From positions 96,001 through 160,000 of the forward strand of contig CAXBMO010000006.1 in assembly GCA_963977015.1 (NCBI GenBank): 64,000 bases of DNA, in the 5' to 3' direction. A model generated the notes under the pieces. It did not search any database and was not told where the DNA came from. It saw nothing but the letters and a program-made list of their open reading frames with translations. Below, piece by piece: positions 59,889-64,000 of this stretch. A program made the translations under genes and the position numbers. The stretch is from an uncultured bacterium. Its GTDB lineage: Bacteria > Verrucomicrobiota > Verrucomicrobiia > Verrucomicrobiales > DEV007. Within the stretch, counting starts at the first letter, position 1; the number at the start of each line of letters is the position of its first letter.

Positions 59889-60662
59889 ATGGGGAACTTT
59901 TTTCCACGCTGGACGAACTTCTTACCGCTCAAACTCATCGCTGCCGTCATCGTTTTAGGCACGGGAGCAGTAGCGGCAATCACCGTATATTGGACGCCCA
60001 AGTATAGCCGAGTCGGCTATCAACCGGAGCAGCCGATACCGTTTGATCATAGCCTACATGCGGGGCAGTTGGGGATGGATTGTCGTTACTGTCATACGCA
60101 GGTCGAAAATTCGTTGCACTCAAATGTTCCGACGTCGCAGACCTGCTGGAACTGTCACCAATTCGTGAAAAAGGATAGCCCGAAGCTTGCGAAGCTTCGT
60201 GAGGCGATGGCGGTAGGGACTGATGAGTATACGGGGGATCCGATCGAGTGGGTGCAGGTTCATAAAACGCCGGACTACGCCTACTTTAGTCACCAGGCTC
60301 ACGTGAATCGAGGGGTTAGCTGTGTTGAGTGCCACGGTAAGGTGAATGAGATGGAGGTTGTTCGCCACGAAGAGTCCTTGAGCATGAGTTTCTGTTTGGA
60401 TTGTCATCGGAATCCGGAAAAGGCGCTTCGCCCGTTGGATGAAATAACGAATTTGGACTGGACTGCGGAAGATGCGGATCGGGATGAGTTTTACGCTTAT
60501 CTGGCGGGTGTGACGAAAAAGTCGCCCGAGGAGTTGCTGGAGGTTGCGAAGAGTCATGGTCTGACGCCGGAAGGTGGGATGACGCAGAAAGAAATTGGCA
60601 CCCAGCTTAGAGAGGCTTGGGGTGTGCATCCGCCTGAGAGTTGCACGGCTTGTCATCGATAA
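59889..60662 (+). CDS. actA: Alternative complex III pentaheme cytochrome c ActA
   Basis: TM anchor, QPIPFDH; five CxxCH motifs (CRYCH, CWNCH, CVECH, CLDCH, CTACH). Confidence 0.92.
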   Translation: MGNFFPRWTNFLPLKLIAAVIVLGTGAVAAITVYWTPKYSRVGYQPEQPIPFDHSLHAGQLGMDCRYCHTQVENSLHSNVPTSQTCWNCHQFVKKDSPKLAKLREAMAVGTDEYTGDPIEWVQVHKTPDYAYFSHQAHVNRGVSCVECHGKVNEMEVVRHEESLSMSFCLDCHRNPEKALRPLDEITNLDWTAEDADRDEFYAYLAGVTKKSPEELLEVAKSHGLTPEGGMTQKEIGTQLREAWGVHPPESCTACHR

Positions 60663-60697
60663 TTCGCAGAACCACGAAATTTTCCCGAAGCGCCTGA

Positions 60698-63600
60698 ATG
60701 AAACGTAAGTGGCATCATCCTAAAGCTGAACGCATCGAATCGACTGTTGATCGGAAGTATTGGCGTGGATACGACGAATTGGAGGATACTCCTGAGTTCC
60801 GGGGGTGGTTGGAAAAAGAATTCCCGCGCGGTGCTGCAGAAGTTTCTGGCCCTGAAGCGGATGAAACTACTCGCCGTGGTTTCATGAAATACATGGGGGC
60901 TTCTGCTTCTCTTGCGGGTTTGGGGTTGGCGAGTTGTCGTCGCCCGGATCAATATCTGATCCCCTACAATGAGCATGTTGAGCATCTCATTCCGGGTAAG
61001 GCGTTGCTTTATTCTTCGGCGATGCCGACTGCGGATGGGTGTGTTCCATTGGTTGTGACGACCCACGAAGGGCGGCCGACAAAGGTGGACGGAAACCGTC
61101 TTCATCCTGAGCTTGCGGGTGGGACCAGCGCGTTTGTTCAGGCTTCGGTTCTCAATCTCTATGATCCGGATCGCTCGAGGGATTACCGCAAGGGTGGTGA
61201 AAAGGTTTCGGTTGGTGAGTTTGAGGAGGGGTTTTTAAATGGGTTTCGTGCTTCCGGTGGTGAAAAGGCGGCGATTCTTCTTGGGGGTAGCACTTCACCG
61301 ACTCGTGCTCGGGTTTTGGAGCAGGTGAAAGCCAAGTTTCCTCAGGTTCAGATTTTCGAATATGAGCCGCTGCTTTCTGAAGCGAAGAAACGGGCTGAGA
61401 AGCAATTGTTTGGTGAGGGTGTTTCGGCGGTTCCTCGGATTGATTTTGCGGATAAGATCCTGTCCTTGGATTGCGACTTTTTGGGGCTCGATCCGCAAGG
61501 TGAGGATCCTGCTGCGCAATGGGCAAAGCGTCGTGATCCGGAGGGTGAGATGGCTCGCTTGTATGCCGTTGAGTCTGCGTTCACGGTCACGGGTGGTATT
61601 TCTGATCACCGGCTTCGGGTGCCCGCGAGCCAGGTGGTGAAGGTTGCCGCGCTGTTTGCTAAAGCGCTCGGAGATCTGACCGGTGATGCGAAATTGAAGG
61701 CGGCGGCTGCGGGTGTGGTTTCGAAGTTTCGCGCCGAAGTTTTTGATCAGGAGTGGATCTCAGAGGCGGCCAAAGATCTGGCTGTATCGAAAGGAAAAGC
61801 GCTTGTGGTTGCCGGTTCTCGTCAGCCTGTTGCGGTTCAGGTGTTGGCTGGATTGATGAATTCAGCACTGGGTTCTGTCGGTGGTGGACGTGTGCCGGTT
61901 CAGCTTTTCAAGCATGGTCGGAAGTCGGTTCCGGGTATTGTTGAATTGGCTGCGGCGATGGGAGCTGGCGATGTCGATACGCTCATCGTGAGCGGTCCCA
62001 GTGATCCTGTTTATGATGCGCCGGCGGATTTGGGGTTTGCCGGGCTTTATGGGAAGTTGAAAAATTCTGTTCATATCGGGTTCCGTTACAACGCGACGGC
62101 CAAGGCCTCGGTATGGCATGTTCCTGGTTCGCATTATTTGGAGAGCTGGGGTGATGCAAGGACGGCGACCGGTGTCCTGTCCGTGGTGCAGCCGATGATT
62201 CTGCCGCTTTATGGCGGGGTATCCGATCTGGAGTTCCTGCTTTCGTTGGTGAAGGAAGAAGCTCCTGAAGGAGAGGTTGTGGAAGGTGGCGCGGATAAGG
62301 ATTTGGCCTACGAGGCGGTTCGTGAGACGTTTAAAGGATTGGCCAAAGGGGATGTTGAAAAAGCTTGGAATTTGACGCTTCGCGACGGATTTTTGGATGG
62401 TGTTCGTTATCAGCGTGTCAATTCGGCGCCTGCAGGTGGCGTGGTTGAGGTTGGCGACCTGCCAGCCTATCCCGGAAAGGATGCGATTGAGGTGGTGTTA
62501 AGCCCCAGTTGGCATGTTTGGGATGGTCGCTATGTCAATAATAGCTGGCTCCAGGAAGTTCCGGACCCGATCACCAAGTTGACTTGGGATAATGCGGCGG
62601 TGATGAGCAAAAAGACCGCGGATCGCATTGGTGTTACTCACGACGGGCAGATGGTTTCGATTTCTGTCGGCGGTCGTCCGGTGGAGGCTCCGGCTTTCCG
62701 TGTGCCTGGTCAGGCTGACTTCTCAATTCAACTGGCTCTGGGGTATGGGCAGGAAAATCCAGGCCGTGTTGGTGAGGGGACTGGGTTTAATGCATATCCG
62801 TTGATGACAACGGTGACTCCCTATTTTGTTCCTGGCGCGACGGTAACTCGCACCGGTGAAAATTACGAACTTGCTCCAACAGCGATTCATTGGAGTATGC
62901 AAGGTCGGGCCATCGTGCGCGAGGGAACGAAGGAGATGTTCGACGAGGATCATCATTTTGCGGTGGATGACGGAATGGATGCGCACATCCCGCCGAACAT
63001 TTCGCTCTACCAGGGTCCTGATTACTTTCAGAAAAATTCCGAGCAGACCGCACATGGTGCTCCTTTGCAGCGGACCAATGGTGGTTACCGGGTTGATGAG
63101 CATCATCAGTGGGGGATGACCATTGATCTCAATACCTGCACAGGTTGCAACGCTTGCACCATCGCGTGTCAGGCTGAGAACAATATTCCGGTTGTCGGAA
63201 AGCGCGAAGTGATTCGCGGACGCGAGATGCACTGGATTCGGATGGATCGCTACTTCTCCAGTCCGGCGGAGAAAGAGGGAGATCATTCCGGAATGACTTC
63301 GCAGAAAGTTCTGACCAACGATCGGAGAGGGCGCCCTGCTCACGACGACGATCATGTCGAAATGCTGATGCAGCCCGTTGCTTGTGTGCAATGTGAGTCT
63401 GCTCCTTGCGAAACCGTTTGTCCGGTGAACGCGACCGTTCACAGCGCGGATGGTCTCAATGCGATGACCTACAATCGTTGTATCGGCACGCGTTACTGCG
63501 CCAACAACTGCCCCTACAAGGCTCGTCGTTTCAACTACTTCGACTACAACAAGCGGAGTGTGGTTCAGGAAACCGAGAAGGCCGGCATCAAGGCGAACGA

Positions 63601-64000
63601 TCTTGATTGGGGCCCGCTGGCTGAGGCTCGCGGACTGGGAACGACAAGTCTCAAGCTGCAGAAGAACCCCAACGTGACCGTCCGGATGCGGGGTGTGATT
63701 GAAAAGTGCACCTACTGCGTGCAGAGAATTCAAGCGGCCAAGATCGATCAGAAGGCCAAGGCGCGTGATTCCAAAGATGTCCAGGTTCCCGCAAATACGG
63801 TGCGGACGGCTTGCCAGGATGCCTGCGGGTCCGGAGCCATTACCTTCGGGAATATGCTGGCCAAAGGCGACGATATCCGGAAGCAGAAGGGAACGCCGGA
63901 GAAGAATTTTGAAGATGCGAATCCGAGGAGCTATGACCTGCTCAAGTATATCGGAACGCGCCCGCGCACCAGTTATCTGGCCAAAGTGCGCAACCCCAAT
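60698..64000 (+). CDS. actB: Alternative complex III ActB (molybdopterin-oxidoreductase-like + Fe-S), runs off window end
   Basis: Not in ORF track; ATG 60698 MKRKWHHP..YWR..EFP..TRRGFMKYMGAS; EGRPTKVDGN; CTGCNAC..AC, CVQCESAPC..VC, CIGTRYCANNCPY, KCTYC. Confidence 0.93.
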   Translation, partial: MKRKWHHPKAERIESTVDRKYWRGYDELEDTPEFRGWLEKEFPRGAAEVSGPEADETTRRGFMKYMGASASLAGLGLASCRRPDQYLIPYNEHVEHLIPGKALLYSSAMPTADGCVPLVVTTHEGRPTKVDGNRLHPELAGGTSAFVQASVLNLYDPDRSRDYRKGGEKVSVGEFEEGFLNGFRASGGEKAAILLGGSTSPTRARVLEQVKAKFPQVQIFEYEPLLSEAKKRAEKQLFGEGVSAVPRIDFADKILSLDCDFLGLDPQGEDPAAQWAKRRDPEGEMARLYAVESAFTVTGGISDHRLRVPASQVVKVAALFAKALGDLTGDAKLKAAAAGVVSKFRAEVFDQEWISEAAKDLAVSKGKALVVAGSRQPVAVQVLAGLMNSALGSVGGGRVPVQLFKHGRKSVPGIVELAAAMGAGDVDTLIVSGPSDPVYDAPADLGFAGLYGKLKNSVHIGFRYNATAKASVWHVPGSHYLESWGDARTATGVLSVVQPMILPLYGGVSDLEFLLSLVKEEAPEGEVVEGGADKDLAYEAVRETFKGLAKGDVEKAWNLTLRDGFLDGVRYQRVNSAPAGGVVEVGDLPAYPGKDAIEVVLSPSWHVWDGRYVNNSWLQEVPDPITKLTWDNAAVMSKKTADRIGVTHDGQMVSISVGGRPVEAPAFRVPGQADFSIQLALGYGQENPGRVGEGTGFNAYPLMTTVTPYFVPGATVTRTGENYELAPTAIHWSMQGRAIVREGTKEMFDEDHHFAVDDGMDAHIPPNISLYQGPDYFQKNSEQTAHGAPLQRTNGGYRVDEHHQWGMTIDLNTCTGCNACTIACQAENNIPVVGKREVIRGREMHWIRMDRYFSSPAEKEGDHSGMTSQKVLTNDRRGRPAHDDDHVEMLMQPVACVQCESAPCETVCPVNATVHSADGLNAMTYNRCIGTRYCANNCPYKARRFNYFDYNKRSVVQETEKAGIKANDLDWGPLAEARGLGTTSLKLQKNPNVTVRMRGVIEKCTYCVQRIQAAKIDQKAKARDSKDVQVPANTVRTACQDACGSGAITFGNMLAKGDDIRKQKGTPEKNFEDANPRSYDLLKYIGTRPRTSYLAKVRNPN

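Noticed and set aside
60663-64000. Apparent 3.3-kb gap with no long ORF in the track
   Set aside because: It is actB, omitted because its stop codon lies beyond the window.

Overview
A 64 kb, GC-rich bacterial chromosome segment. Gene content and order point to Verrucomicrobiota or another PVC lineage (inferred from ilvE-mcsA-mcsB-clpC, a Rhodopirellula/Verrucomicrobium-type ECF sigma/FecR pair, SHD1 proteins, split coaC/coaB and alternative complex III). Most of the window is housekeeping: cobB, ispF, suhB, coaB/C, cobA-hemD, hemC, rfbB, ilvC, a topoisomerase IIA A subunit, PNP, tcdA, bioB, tsaE, cysH-cysC-cysD-cysN, ilvE, mcsAB-clpC, actA/actB and tRNA-Arg(CCT). Six items stand out. (1) A three-gene operon of secreted SHD1 + retropepsin-like proteins in which an Asp-bearing module and an Asn pseudo-protease module occur once fused and once as separate genes. 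(2) A ~1 kb two-ORF cassette between 82-bp direct repeats that duplicate a whole divergent promoter, including both start codons. (3) An HD-hydrolase / atypical HSP90 / helical-partner cluster followed by a REP-flanked RAYT transposase. (4) A 209-bp CTAG-bounded MITE with internal RNA structure. (5) An ORF-less heptamer-repeat hairpin. (6) A perfect Rex box upstream of alternative complex III. No CRISPR array, rRNA or prophage was seen. All calls come from motif recognition by eye; no searches were run.
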